A model generated the notes under the pieces. It ran no database searches, was not told where the DNA came from, and saw only the letters and a program-made list of their open reading frames with translations. This document shows, piece after piece, positions 9,734 through 19,969 of a stretch of DNA of 64,000 nt; position 1 is the stretch's first letter; the number at the start of each line of letters is the position of its first letter. A program made the position numbers and the translations under genes. The stretch is from Trueperaceae bacterium (GTDB lineage: Bacteria > Deinococcota > Deinococci > Deinococcales > Trueperaceae), in the NCBI GenBank assembly GCA_965213925.1, contig OZ243927.1:4480001-4544000 (forward strand). Direction: 5' to 3'.

Positions 9734-10699
9734 CTAGTTCGAGTAGATAAACTGCTGCACCTCTTCGTCCTGGTAATTCGACTCGTCGATGATGGTAAAG
9801 CCCGTCCCGATAAGGGGCGGCACGGACTGACCCGTGGCGACGGCGTAAGCTGCCATCACGCCAAAGTATCCGATTTCAGCGGGGTGCTGGGCAATCGCGA
9901 TGTTGACTAAGCCAGATTCGATGTTGTCCACAATCGAGGGGGGTGCGTCGAAGGCGACGACCGTGATATTGCCCGTTTCGCCTGCGTTACGTACCCCGTT
10001 AGCTGCGCCAATCGCGGAGAAGAGGTTCGCGCCGAAGACGCCTGCTAAGTCGGACTCCCTGGCGAGCACTGCTTGAAACTGCGAGGCGGCGGTGCTCGAG
10101 TCGTTCTCGTTATACTGCGTCTCCAACACGGTGATGTTCGGATAGTTCTCTTCCATCTCCGCTTTGAAGCCCTCTTCGCGTTGGTCGGTGGTCGAGATGC
10201 CAGGACGCACGTTCGAGACGTACACGCTGCCCTCTTCGCCGACGGCTTCCGCCATCGCTCGCGCCGCGATGCGCCCGCCTTCGATGTTGTCCGAGGCGAC
10301 GTAAGAGCGCGGGAAGTCGCCGTCACCCTGACCGTCCCCGTACTGCCCGTCACCGATAAAGGTGTCTACCGTGACGATGGGAATATCCATCTCTGAGGCA
10401 CGCTCTAAGGGCGCGATGAGCTGCGTCGAGTCGGTGGGGGCGATGAGCAGCGCGTCCGGTTGCCGCCCGATGACGGCGTCTAAAACGGGTACTTGCAACG
10501 TCGGGTTAAATTCCTCCGCGCCCTGAAAGTTCACGGTGATGCCCAAGGCTTCGGCGGCGGCTTGTGCGCCCTCGTTCATGGTGATGTAAAAGGGATCGGT
10601 GGTGAGCCCTGGGATGAGGGTAATGGTGACATCTTCTTGTTCTTGGGCGAACGACAACGCGCTAAAGAGTAAAAGGACGGCGAGAACGAGACGTTTCAT
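9734..10699 (-). CDS. Sugar ABC transporter substrate-binding protein (RbsB-like)
   Basis: Signal peptide MKRLVLAVLLLFSALSFA after an AGGAGG RBS; DPFY, ASDNIEGG and IAQHP. Confidence 0.9.
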   Translation of the reverse strand: MKRLVLAVLLLFSALSFAQEQEDVTITLIPGLTTDPFYITMNEGAQAAAEALGITVNFQGAEEFNPTLQVPVLDAVIGRQPDALLIAPTDSTQLIAPLERASEMDIPIVTVDTFIGDGQYGDGQGDGDFPRSYVASDNIEGGRIAARAMAEAVGEEGSVYVSNVRPGISTTDQREEGFKAEMEENYPNITVLETQYNENDSSTAASQFQAVLARESDLAGVFGANLFSAIGAANGVRNAGETGNITVVAFDAPPSIVDNIESGLVNIAIAQHPAEIGYFGVMAAYAVATGQSVPPLIGTGFTIIDESNYQDEEVQQFIYSN

Positions 10700-10859
10700 G
10701 CGGGCTCCTCCTGAGATAGAAAGACGTAGCGTTAGCGGCGTATTCCAAAGCCTCCTTTTCGGGCTGCACCTTTGAGAACAAAAGAGGTCGGCAGTCTCAG
10801 CGTCTCCCTCTGGCAGCGTCCATATGAAAAGCGCACGAACTAGCTTGTGTAAGTGTCTC

Positions 10860-10889
10860 AAGATATAGGGCGCGAATGTCGCTTGTCAA
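10860..10889 (-). promoter_or_regulatory. Putative sigma70 promoter of the leftward sugar operon
   Basis: TTGACA-18 bp-TATCTT on the minus strand. Confidence 0.5.
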
Positions 10890-10941
10890 GCCGAAACCCA
10901 CAAAAACCAAGAGAGTCTAACAAAGTGGGCTTGTTAACCTT

Positions 10942-10970
10942 TTGACAGGACGCCGAAAAACGTTTACGAT
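10942..10970 (+). promoter_or_regulatory. Putative sigma70 promoter of the rightward sugar operon
   Basis: TTGACA-17 bp-TACGAT. Confidence 0.6.
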
Positions 10971-11284
10971 AGCTCTATTAAACAAAGTTGAGGAGTCCAA
11001 CTTGGGTTGATTTCAGAGTGCGCTCTCTAGCGCTGCTTACCTCGTTCGTAGGCTTGAAGCGGCTATCTGGTCTTTGGTGTCACGGGTTACATCGTGGCGG
11101 CTCGCTTATGGACGAGAAGAGGTCTCGAGCCGCACACCGCAATGTTCGAAAAACGAACACGCCTGAGCGGGCGTGACCTGACTGAGATATGACGAAATAT
11201 AAATCGCAGTGCTGGGGGCTCTATTCACGCAAGCGGCTCGCCCCAACCTCAACTTACCGTCCTCACCCCAACAAGGAGACAACC

Positions 11285-12754
11285 ATGCACATCAAAGGGT
11301 TCGCACTTTCCGTCTTGCTCCTCAGCGCTTTTACCTTTGCTCAGAGCGATTCGCAATTTGAGGGCGTCGAAATCAACGTCCTCACCTTCACGGGTCCGCA
11401 AATCGCTGAGCCCTTGCAGCGCCGCGCCCCGGACTTCGAAGCGCAGACGGGCGCGTCAGTCAACGTCGTCACCGTGCCCTTTTCGGACCTCTACCAGCGG
11501 ATGCTCACCGACATGGCGACGGGCACGAACTCCTTCGACGGCTTCGTCTTCGCGCCGCAGTGGATGGTGGACTTCATCGTGCCGGGCTATATCGAGGATT
11601 TGACCAGCCGCGTCGAAAGTGATGAGGCTTTACAGTGGGAGGGCGTCGCGCCCTTTTTCCGCAATTTTTCCTCGACCTATGAGGGGAGCATCTACACGGT
11701 TCCACTAGACGGCGACTTTCAGATGGTCTACTACCGCAGCGACCTCTTGGAGCAAGAGGGGCTCGAGCCCCCGCAAACTTGGGACGACTACTTAGCCATC
11801 GCCGAAACTTTCAACGGTCAAGATTTGAACGGCGACTCTCAGCCCGACTACGGCTCGTGCATCTCCAAAAAGCGCAACGCGCAAGCCTACTGGATGATCC
11901 TCTCCGTCGCGGGCGGTTACTTGCAGACGCAGGGCACCTCGCAAGGAGCCTTTTTCGACACGGAGACGATGGAGCCGTTGGTCAACAACGCGGCGTTCGG
12001 GGCAGCCTTGGACATCTACAAGGCGACCACACAGTACGGTCCACCCAACGAACTCAACTTGGACGTAGGCGATACCCGCAGCTTGTTCATCACCGGGCGC
12101 TGCGCTTTGTCACTCGACTGGGGCGATATCGGCACGCTGGCGATCGACCCCGAGCAGTCTACGGTGCAGGGGCAAGTCGGCAGCATCATCTTGCCGGGGA
12201 CGGCTGAGGTTTTAGACCGCGAGACGGGCGAACTGGTTGCGTGTGACGAAACCACCTGCCCCCACGCCGACGAAAACGGCATCAACCACGCGCCCTACGC
12301 GGCGTTCGGTGGCTGGTCGGGCGGCGTCAACGCGGCGATTGACGACCAGGTGAAAGAGGCGACCTACGCTTTTCTCTCTTACATGAGCCAGCCCGAAAAC
12401 TCCAACGTGGACGTGACGATGGGCGTGACGGGCTTTCAGCCCTACCGCACCTCTCAGTTTGAGAACATGGAACTGTGGCTCGAGGCGGGCTTTAGCGAAG
12501 CGGGCGCAGAGGATTACCTGGGCGCAATCGAGAGCAGCCTGGACAGCCCCAACATGATTTTGGACTTGCGCGTGCCCCAAAACCAGCGCTATCAACAGAT
12601 CGTTTTAGACACCGCCATCAGCCAGTTTTTAGCGGACGAGTTGGATAGAGAAGAGACGATGCAGCAGATTTACGACGGGTGGCAAGAGATCACCGAAGAA
12701 CTCGGGCGCGAGCAGCAGCAAGAGGCGTACGTCGGCACGCTCGGTATAGAGTAG
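11285..12754 (+). CDS. Carbohydrate ABC transporter substrate-binding protein (CUT1)
   Basis: AAGGAG RBS, signal peptide, PLDGD..YYRSDL and PPQTWDDY. Confidence 0.9.
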   Translation: MHIKGFALSVLLLSAFTFAQSDSQFEGVEINVLTFTGPQIAEPLQRRAPDFEAQTGASVNVVTVPFSDLYQRMLTDMATGTNSFDGFVFAPQWMVDFIVPGYIEDLTSRVESDEALQWEGVAPFFRNFSSTYEGSIYTVPLDGDFQMVYYRSDLLEQEGLEPPQTWDDYLAIAETFNGQDLNGDSQPDYGSCISKKRNAQAYWMILSVAGGYLQTQGTSQGAFFDTETMEPLVNNAAFGAALDIYKATTQYGPPNELNLDVGDTRSLFITGRCALSLDWGDIGTLAIDPEQSTVQGQVGSIILPGTAEVLDRETGELVACDETTCPHADENGINHAPYAAFGGWSGGVNAAIDDQVKEATYAFLSYMSQPENSNVDVTMGVTGFQPYRTSQFENMELWLEAGFSEAGAEDYLGAIESSLDSPNMILDLRVPQNQRYQQIVLDTAISQFLADELDREETMQQIYDGWQEITEELGREQQQEAYVGTLGIE

Positions 12755-12769
12755 ATGGGTATAAAGTAG

Positions 12770-13903
12770 ATGCAAAAAGCAAACGAGGCGCAGCGTTTTG
12801 AGCAGCCTCGAGGCGAGCGCCTAAGGGATTGGTTCGACCGCGCCGCGGGCAATATCTTCCTGTTGCCCGCCGTCATCACCGTTCTGCTCTTGGCGCTCTT
12901 CCCGCTCATCTTGTCGGTCTACCTGGCGCTCTCGCGCCTCCAGTTCGTTAGCGGCGGCTTCGACCTCTCGTTCGTGGGGCTCGCTAACTTCCGCAAGCTC
13001 TTCGCGGGCAGCGAGCAGAGCCACTTTTTGGGCGTCGTCACCACGCCCTCGCCGCTCGGTTGGGTGGTCTTTTTGGCGGCAGTGGCGCTGACCTCTCTCC
13101 TCTTATGGCGCTACCTCCGCTCACCTAAGCGCACGGTGGGCGGGCTCATCTATCGCCTCATCACCGGGCTCATCATCACGGGTCTGCTCTACTACGTGCT
13201 GAGCACGCTCGGCACGGAAGGGCGTCCAGGGACGGTCGCGGTAACACTTGTCTACGTGTTCGTGGGGATTGCGATTCAGTACGTCATCGGGCTCGGTTTA
13301 GCGGTGCTCACAACGCAAAAGCTCCCTGGTCGCCGCTTCTTCCGCGTCGTCTTCCTCCTGCCGATGATGATCACGCCCGTGGGCGTCGCGTACATGTTTT
13401 GGATGCTGGCGGATACGGTTAAAGGTCCCTTCGCTCCGGTGTGGCAAGCGCTCGGGCTTGCGGGCTTTTCGTGGGTCAGCAGTCCGTGGGGCGCACGCTG
13501 GGCGGTGATGGTCGGGGACATCTGGCAGTGGACGCCCTTAATGTTTATCGTGCTACTTGCAGCAATTGAAGGGCAGCCGGTGGAGCTGATTGAAGCGGCT
13601 TTAGTTGACGGCGCAAGTCGCTGGCGCATCTTCTGGCACATCACCTTGCCGCAGCTTTTAGGCGTCTCGCTGACGCTCGTCCTGATTCGCATGATCGAAG
13701 CCTTTAAGATTATCGACCTACCGAACGTCTTGACCAACGGCGGACCCGGCACGGCGACAGAGTCGATGACGCTGCAAGCCTTTTTCTCCTGGCGCACGCT
13801 GGACTTGGGCGGCGCGATGGCGGTGGCGTTTTGCTTGCTCGTGCTGGTGATGTTCTTGTCTGTGACGCTGGTGAATTTAGCACCTCGAGAGAACCGCGCA
13901 TGA
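12770..13903 (+). CDS. Carbohydrate ABC transporter permease (MalF-like)
   Basis: EAALVDGA (EAA loop), DIWQWTP and TNGGPGTATE. Confidence 0.9.
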   Translation: MQKANEAQRFEQPRGERLRDWFDRAAGNIFLLPAVITVLLLALFPLILSVYLALSRLQFVSGGFDLSFVGLANFRKLFAGSEQSHFLGVVTTPSPLGWVVFLAAVALTSLLLWRYLRSPKRTVGGLIYRLITGLIITGLLYYVLSTLGTEGRPGTVAVTLVYVFVGIAIQYVIGLGLAVLTTQKLPGRRFFRVVFLLPMMITPVGVAYMFWMLADTVKGPFAPVWQALGLAGFSWVSSPWGARWAVMVGDIWQWTPLMFIVLLAAIEGQPVELIEAALVDGASRWRIFWHITLPQLLGVSLTLVLIRMIEAFKIIDLPNVLTNGGPGTATESMTLQAFFSWRTLDLGGAMAVAFCLLVLVMFLSVTLVNLAPRENRA

Positions 13904-14922
13904 ACCTCTTCAAACGCCGCTCGGTGTTAAGTCCATCCCCCATAACGATGATCGTTTCCTATATCCTCCTGATTTTCTGGACCTTCGTCGTGCTGTTCCC
14001 GCTCTACTGGCTCGTCGTGACCTCGCTCAAGCTCCCCGTCCAGGTCAACCAGGGACCTTTTTATCTCCCCTTCGTGGACTTTCAACCCTCCCTACACGCC
14101 TGGCGCTACCTCTTCGTGGACGTGCGCGGCGACACGCTCCGCCCCTTTATGAACACGCTCGTGGTTTCCGCCGTGAGTGCGCCGCTGACGCTCTTACTCG
14201 GCACCACGGCGGCGTACGGGCTGGTGCGCTTTACGTATCGCCCGCGCGTCGGCTCGGTGCTGATGTTCGTCGGTTGCTTGGTCGCGACGATTCTCTTAGT
14301 CGTGAACGGTGTGCCCTGGCAGTTTGCAACGGCGGCGATGACCGCGCTCTTTCTCATCCTCTTGCAGACGGTGGGCAAGCGCTTCAAACGCTCTTTAGGC
14401 AACAATGACATCGCCGTGTGGCTCATCTCGAACCGCGTGCTGCCGCCCGTGGCGGTGGTGCTGCCCATCTACGTGCTCTTTCAGCAACTCGGGCTGCTCG
14501 ACACACGCACCGCGCTGATTCTCGCCTACACCGCCATCAACTTGCCCATCGCGGTATGGCTCATGCGGGACTATTTTATGAACATTCCCATTGAACTCGA
14601 GGAGTGCGCCGCAATCGACGGCGCGTCGCGCTACCGGATTTTCCGCTCGATTGTCCTGCCCTTAGCCGTGCCGGGGCTGGTTGCGACGCTGCTCCTCGTC
14701 CTCGTTTTTACCTGGAACGAATACCTCTTGGCGCTCTTTTTGTCGTCCGCCGACGCGCAAACGATGCCTATCATGGTCGCCGCGCAGCACGCCACGCGCG
14801 GTCCGCAGTGGTGGACGATGTCGGCTTTGATCCTCATCATGATCGTACCCGTGGTCATCATGGCGATCTTTTTGGAGCGCTACATCTCGAGGGGTCTCCT
14901 CATCGGCGCGGTGAAAGGGTGA
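13900..14922 (+). CDS. Carbohydrate ABC transporter permease (MalG-like)
   Basis: IPIELEECAAIDGA and FTWNEYL; ATGA overlap with the upstream gene. Confidence 0.9.
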   Translation: MNLFKRRSVLSPSPITMIVSYILLIFWTFVVLFPLYWLVVTSLKLPVQVNQGPFYLPFVDFQPSLHAWRYLFVDVRGDTLRPFMNTLVVSAVSAPLTLLLGTTAAYGLVRFTYRPRVGSVLMFVGCLVATILLVVNGVPWQFATAAMTALFLILLQTVGKRFKRSLGNNDIAVWLISNRVLPPVAVVLPIYVLFQQLGLLDTRTALILAYTAINLPIAVWLMRDYFMNIPIELEECAAIDGASRYRIFRSIVLPLAVPGLVATLLLVLVFTWNEYLLALFLSSADAQTMPIMVAAQHATRGPQWWTMSALILIMIVPVVIMAIFLERYISRGLLIGAVKG

Positions 14923-16016
14923 AGGTTCACCTCTATGAGCCGATGTTCGGGGAGAAGGAGCGGGTGGTGCTCGAGCACCCCGCCTTCACCGCCTCCACTT
15001 TTCGCTATGACAGCGGCGTGGCGGCGCTTAGGCTAACGAACGGACGAGGCGAAATCAAAATGCTCCCCTTTCAAGGTCAGCAGATTTGGTCGGCATATTT
15101 CGACAACCGCGAGTTGACGATGAAGAGCATGTTCGACGAGCCGAGGCAGACGCAGGACTATTTAGAGACCTACGGCGGCTTCCTCATCCACTGCGGCGTC
15201 AGCGCGATGGGCGTGCCGGGTGAAAAAGACACGCACCCTCTACACGGCGAGTTGCCGAACGCACCCTACCAGCAGGCGTATCTAGTGTTGGGCGAAGATG
15301 AACGAGGTCAATATTTAGGATTGGGTGGACGCTATCAACACACGGTTGCGTTCAGTACGAACTACATGGCGGAACCTCTTGTCAAACTCCACGCGGACAG
15401 TAGCCTCATCTCGACCTCTCTAACCGTGACGAACCTCAAAGCGACGCCGATGGAGCTGATGTACTTGGCGCACATCAACTTTCGCCCGGTAGACCACGCG
15501 CAGCTTCTCTACAGCGCGAAAAAAGACCCCGAGCACGTGCGCGTGCGTAAGAGCATCCCCTCGCACGTCAAGCCTGAACCTGGCTACGCAGAGTTTTTAG
15601 ACGAACTCTCGCAGCAGCCCGAGAAACATCATGGGCTCGAGCCCGACCTCACCTTTGACCCCGAAGTCGTCTTCTTTATCGACTACCTCGCCGACGAAAA
15701 CGGCTGGGCGCACACCTTACAGGTTCATCCGAACGGCGCGGCGGACTACGTGCGCCACCGCCCTGAACAGTTGGACGTGGGCGTGCGCTGGATTTGCCGC
15801 ACACCCGACCAGGACGCGCTCGGCATGGTAGACCCCGCAACGGCGGAGCCGGAGGGGTACGGCGCGGAGAAGGCGAAGGGCAACGTAAAGACTGTGCCGC
15901 CCGGTGGGATGTGGCGCTGTGACTATGAGATGGGCACGCTGACCTCTGAAGACGCGCAAGAGGTCGAGAGGCGCATCGGTGAGGTGACTTACGGAGCCAA
16001 ACATGCCCAACTTTGA
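14919..16016 (+). CDS. DUF4432 / aldose-1-epimerase-like protein
   Basis: LPFQGQQIW, YGGFLIHCG, HPLHGELPNA, YLAHINFRP and PATAEPEG; GTGA overlap. Confidence 0.78.
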   Translation: MKVHLYEPMFGEKERVVLEHPAFTASTFRYDSGVAALRLTNGRGEIKMLPFQGQQIWSAYFDNRELTMKSMFDEPRQTQDYLETYGGFLIHCGVSAMGVPGEKDTHPLHGELPNAPYQQAYLVLGEDERGQYLGLGGRYQHTVAFSTNYMAEPLVKLHADSSLISTSLTVTNLKATPMELMYLAHINFRPVDHAQLLYSAKKDPEHVRVRKSIPSHVKPEPGYAEFLDELSQQPEKHHGLEPDLTFDPEVVFFIDYLADENGWAHTLQVHPNGAADYVRHRPEQLDVGVRWICRTPDQDALGMVDPATAEPEGYGAEKAKGNVKTVPPGGMWRCDYEMGTLTSEDAQEVERRIGEVTYGAKHAQL

Positions 16017-16067
16017 ACACCGACCGCCTCTTCGCGGCGCGTACTAAGATAGGGAGAGGAGGTCAAT

Positions 16068-16631
16068 ATGGCAACCGCGCCTGTGACGACGTACCGCTTT
16101 AGCGTCGACGATTATTACAAGATGGCTGAGGCGGGAATTTTGCATGAAGACGACAGGGTCGAGCTCATCGAGGGAGAGGTCATTACGATGACACCGATAG
16201 GGAGCCGACACGCGGCGTGCGTGAGCAGGATCAATAAACTCTTTTCTCGAGCCCTATCTGACGCTGTCATCCTGAGAGTTCAGGACCCCATCCGCTTGGA
16301 TGACTTCAATGAGCCTGAGCCTGACCTCGCGTTGGTCGCCTTTCGCGCCGACTTTTACGCCGAACAGCATCCGAGACCGGAGGACGTGCTACTGGCTATA
16401 GAGGTCGCCGACTCCTCGCTGGCATATGACCGTGAGACCAAGATTCCGCTCTACGCTCGCTCGGGCATTCGAGAAGTGTGGCTCGTTGACCTTCAGTATG
16501 GTGAAATTACGGTGTACCGCCAGCCAACACTGGAGGGTTATGGGCTCGAGCAACGCTATCAGCCGAGTGACACTCTCGAGCACCCGACACGCAACACCTC
16601 TTTGCGCGTCCAGGACATTCTGCTCCGCTAG
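16068..16631 (+). CDS. Uma2/DUF820-family endonuclease-like protein
   Basis: RFSVDDYYKM, VELIEG, EPEPDL and IEVADSSLAYDRETKIPLYA. Confidence 0.9.
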   Translation: MATAPVTTYRFSVDDYYKMAEAGILHEDDRVELIEGEVITMTPIGSRHAACVSRINKLFSRALSDAVILRVQDPIRLDDFNEPEPDLALVAFRADFYAEQHPRPEDVLLAIEVADSSLAYDRETKIPLYARSGIREVWLVDLQYGEITVYRQPTLEGYGLEQRYQPSDTLEHPTRNTSLRVQDILLR

Positions 16632-16633
16632 CG

Positions 16634-17890
16634 ATGAGCATCCCCGCGACCATGCGTGCGCTCGTCCTTTCCGGTAGGGGATTCGAGCACTTAGGGGTCT
16701 ACACCGTCCCGACGCCCGAGCCAGGACCGAGACAGCTTCTCGCTCGCGTAGACGCCGCAGGCATCTGCACGAGTTTACTCAAGCTCATTTCTCAAGGCTC
16801 CGAGCACAACTATCTTTACGGTTGGGATGTGAACGAGCATCCGCTAATTTTGGGTGACGAGGGCGCGGTGACGCTCGTTCAAATCGGCGAAGAACTCCAA
16901 GGAACGTACAGCGTCGGTGAACGTTACGTGATTCAGCCCGCCGTGGACCATCCGCCTATCAACCACCGCGAACGCTATCAGCACCCGGAGCGCATCCACA
17001 AACTCGCGGTGGGCTACACGCTGCCGGGGCATCTGGCGGAATATGTCTTGATTCCTGAAGAGGTCTTAGAGGCAGGTTGTTTGCTGCCTCTGCCGGACGG
17101 GGTCACGGCGGCACACGGCGCACTCAGCGAGCCTATCTCCTGCGTCGTCTCGGCGCAAGACCATCATCTACATGCAAGTCAAGCGAGTCCGCTCGAGCGC
17201 CGCACAACCATCCAAGGACTCAAACCCGGCGGCGTCACCGTGGTTGTCGGCGCGGGCGCGATGGGGCGGATGCACGTGGACGTGGCGCTCAGCTACCGCC
17301 CGAGCGCGATCATCGTGACAGATTTTGCGAAGGAGAGGTTGGCGCGTGTTCGCGACCTCTTTGCAACGAAAGCAGAAGCGCAGGGAACGGCACTTCACAC
17401 GGTTCATGCCGACGGAGATGTGCTCGAGCTTATCCACCATCTCAGCAACCAGCGCGGCGCGGATGACGTCATCGTGGCGGTTGGTTCGCCTAAAGCGATT
17501 AGCGCGGCGCAAAGCCACGTTGGGCGTGGCGGCGTCTTAAACCTCTTCGGTGGACTCACGGCGGACGAGCGCGAGGTTATGTTAGACGGCAACCTCATCC
17601 ACTATCAAGAGCAAATCGTGACGGGCTCGTCGGGCGGCTCGCCGTGGGACGTGGTGAGGACGCTCGAGCTGATAGAAGCGGGCGCGTTAGAGGTCGCCGG
17701 ACACATCGCAGCGGTGGGAGACTTGGCGCACGCGCCTGAATTTATTGAACGTATAAAACGGCGAGAACTCGACGGCAAAGCAGTTGTCTACCCGCATCGG
17801 CGGAGTAAAAAGGTGCGAGAGATTCGCGGGTGGACGGCGGCGGACGAACAAAAGTATTTGAATTCAATATCAGAAAATAGGAACCTGTGA
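16634..17890 (+). CDS. MDR zinc-type dehydrogenase (sorbose-1-phosphate reductase-like)
   Basis: AGICTS, LGDEG (in place of GHE), SEPISCV and VVGAGAMG. No four-Cys structural zinc cluster. Confidence 0.75.
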   Translation: MSIPATMRALVLSGRGFEHLGVYTVPTPEPGPRQLLARVDAAGICTSLLKLISQGSEHNYLYGWDVNEHPLILGDEGAVTLVQIGEELQGTYSVGERYVIQPAVDHPPINHRERYQHPERIHKLAVGYTLPGHLAEYVLIPEEVLEAGCLLPLPDGVTAAHGALSEPISCVVSAQDHHLHASQASPLERRTTIQGLKPGGVTVVVGAGAMGRMHVDVALSYRPSAIIVTDFAKERLARVRDLFATKAEAQGTALHTVHADGDVLELIHHLSNQRGADDVIVAVGSPKAISAAQSHVGRGGVLNLFGGLTADEREVMLDGNLIHYQEQIVTGSSGGSPWDVVRTLELIEAGALEVAGHIAAVGDLAHAPEFIERIKRRELDGKAVVYPHRRSKKVREIRGWTAADEQKYLNSISENRNL

Positions 17891-19224
17891 CGCCTGTCGG
17901 ACAAAAAACGTTCGTCGGCTTCGGCTTCGGCGCTATTCAGGCAGGGCTCTACCTCTTTGAGGCGCAGCGTTCGGGCGCGTTTGACAGGCTCGTCGTGGCG
18001 TACCGCCGTAAAGAGGTCATCGCCCGCGTCCGTGCGGCGAAAGGGTATATCTCGCTCAACATCGCGCAGCAAGAGGGTGCTGAGACGGTCAAGGTCGGTC
18101 CGGTTGAGATGTTTGATGTCAACATCGCCGCCGAGCGAGAGCGCCTTGTCGAGGCAGTAGCGGAAGCCTCAGAGATTGCGGTGGCGGTCTCGAGCGTGGA
18201 CGACTACATCGGCGACGGACCCGAAAGCCTCCACCGGCTTCTTGCACGGGGGCTGAAACGTAAAACTGTGAATGGTGATTCTAAAGCGGTGATCTACGCT
18301 TCGGAAAACCACACGCAAGCCGCGCAAATACTACAGTCTGCCGTACTGAGCATTGTACCTAAAGGCGAACACAGAGATGTTGCGGAGAAAGGCTGCTTCG
18401 TCAACACCGTTATCGGCAAGATGAGCCGCACCGTTCACGGTTTAGGTGAGATTAGAGGGCTTGCGCTCGAGCCCGTCACCCCGAGTAGCGACCGCGCCTT
18501 TTTAGTCGAAAGCTACCGCCACATCCTCACGTCTAAAGTTTCCTTTCCAAACGGTGCACCGTTCGAGCGCGGCTTAATAAACTTTACCGAAAAAGACGAC
18601 CTCACCCCATTCGAAGACGCGAAGCTCTACGGTCACAACGCCACCCACGCTCTAGCGGCGTATCTCGGCACGATGTTAGGTGTCACTTATATCGCTGACC
18701 TCGCTGACGTACCGGGCTTTTTACGCTTTTTGCGAGCGGCAGCTTTAGAGGAATCTGGTGCGGCGCTCCTGCGTAAATATCAAGACGCTGACTCGATGTT
18801 CACCCCGCAAGGTTACGCGGACTTTACAGATGGATTGCTGAAACGGATGCTCAATCCGAACCTCAAAGATACGGTGGCGAGGGTCGGGCGAGACGCGCCG
18901 CGCAAGCTCGGCTGGCGTGACCGCCTCATCGGGACGGTGCGCTTGGCGCTGCGCGAAGGGTTGCAGCCTCACCGTTTTGCGTTGGGGGTTGCGGCGGCGC
19001 TCGAGGTCGCAAGCATGAAACCCTCGGCACTTCCCGACCTTTGGCGGAGCGAAGACGTAGACGAAGCCGAAAAACGCGCGGTATTAAGCGCCGTAGAAAG
19101 AGGTGTGAACGACCTCGAGGTGTGGCAAAACGCGGGTTGTCCGGCGCTCGAGCCCTTCGTCCAAGCCTGCGTATCAGGAGGCAAGCATGGCAGTAGCAGC
19201 GTCACCAAAAACCCTGCGGGATGA
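17887..19224 (+). CDS. Mannitol-1-phosphate 5-dehydrogenase-like polyol(-phosphate) dehydrogenase
   Basis: [17 protein letters not shown] and [14 protein letters not shown] resemble MtlD motifs. Confidence 0.7.
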   Translation: MTPVGQKTFVGFGFGAIQAGLYLFEAQRSGAFDRLVVAYRRKEVIARVRAAKGYISLNIAQQEGAETVKVGPVEMFDVNIAAERERLVEAVAEASEIAVAVSSVDDYIGDGPESLHRLLARGLKRKTVNGDSKAVIYASENHTQAAQILQSAVLSIVPKGEHRDVAEKGCFVNTVIGKMSRTVHGLGEIRGLALEPVTPSSDRAFLVESYRHILTSKVSFPNGAPFERGLINFTEKDDLTPFEDAKLYGHNATHALAAYLGTMLGVTYIADLADVPGFLRFLRAAALEESGAALLRKYQDADSMFTPQGYADFTDGLLKRMLNPNLKDTVARVGRDAPRKLGWRDRLIGTVRLALREGLQPHRFALGVAAALEVASMKPSALPDLWRSEDVDEAEKRAVLSAVERGVNDLEVWQNAGCPALEPFVQACVSGGKHGSSSVTKNPAG

Positions 19225-19969
19225 CCTCATCACGCTCTCGCGAAACTTGGGGGAGGACGCGCGGCAGTTCGCGATTTTAGGCGAGGGCAATACGAGTGCG
19301 GACTGCGGCGACGGCACCTTCTGGGTCAAGGCGTCGGGGAGCAGCTTGGGAACGTTGGACGAGACGGACGTGAGCCGCGTGCGCTTCGAGCCAATTGTGA
19401 ACCTCTTACAACGCGAAAAGATGGACGAACAAGAGGTCGAGGACGCCCTCGTCGCCGCGCTCGCTGATTCAAACCACAAAAAGCCCTCCGTCGAGACCTT
19501 TTTGCACGCGCTCTGTCTGCGCTCCGGTGCGTCGTGGGTCGGACACACACACACAGTTTCCGTCAATCAAATCCTCTGTAGCAACTTGGGCGCGGAACCT
19601 TTCGAGCGCCACATCTTCCCGGACGCGGTTGTTGTTTGCGGGCTCCACGTCGCCACGATTCCCTACGTTGACCCCGGCTTCGCGCTCGCTAAGGCGGTGC
19701 AGCGGGAGTTGGAGCGCTACGCTTCGAAGTACGGTTATCCTCCCAAACTTCTGCTGATGGAAAATCACGGCTTAGTCGCGTTAGGTCAAAGTCCGAAAGA
19801 GGTCACGAACATTCATCTGATGGCGGACAAGTGGGCGAAGACGCTGCAAGGGACGTATGCGCTGGGCGGTCCTAAGTTCTTACCGGATGAGGACGCGGCG
19901 CGGATAGATGGGCGTTTGGACGAGCATTACAGGCGGCTCGAGCTAGTCAAAGGACCTTCACGTGAATAA
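19187..19969 (+). CDS. Class II aldolase/adducin-family protein
   Basis: [22 protein letters not shown] and ENHGL. Confidence 0.88.
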   Translation: MAVAASPKTLRDDLITLSRNLGEDARQFAILGEGNTSADCGDGTFWVKASGSSLGTLDETDVSRVRFEPIVNLLQREKMDEQEVEDALVAALADSNHKKPSVETFLHALCLRSGASWVGHTHTVSVNQILCSNLGAEPFERHIFPDAVVVCGLHVATIPYVDPGFALAKAVQRELERYASKYGYPPKLLLMENHGLVALGQSPKEVTNIHLMADKWAKTLQGTYALGGPKFLPDEDAARIDGRLDEHYRRLELVKGPSRE

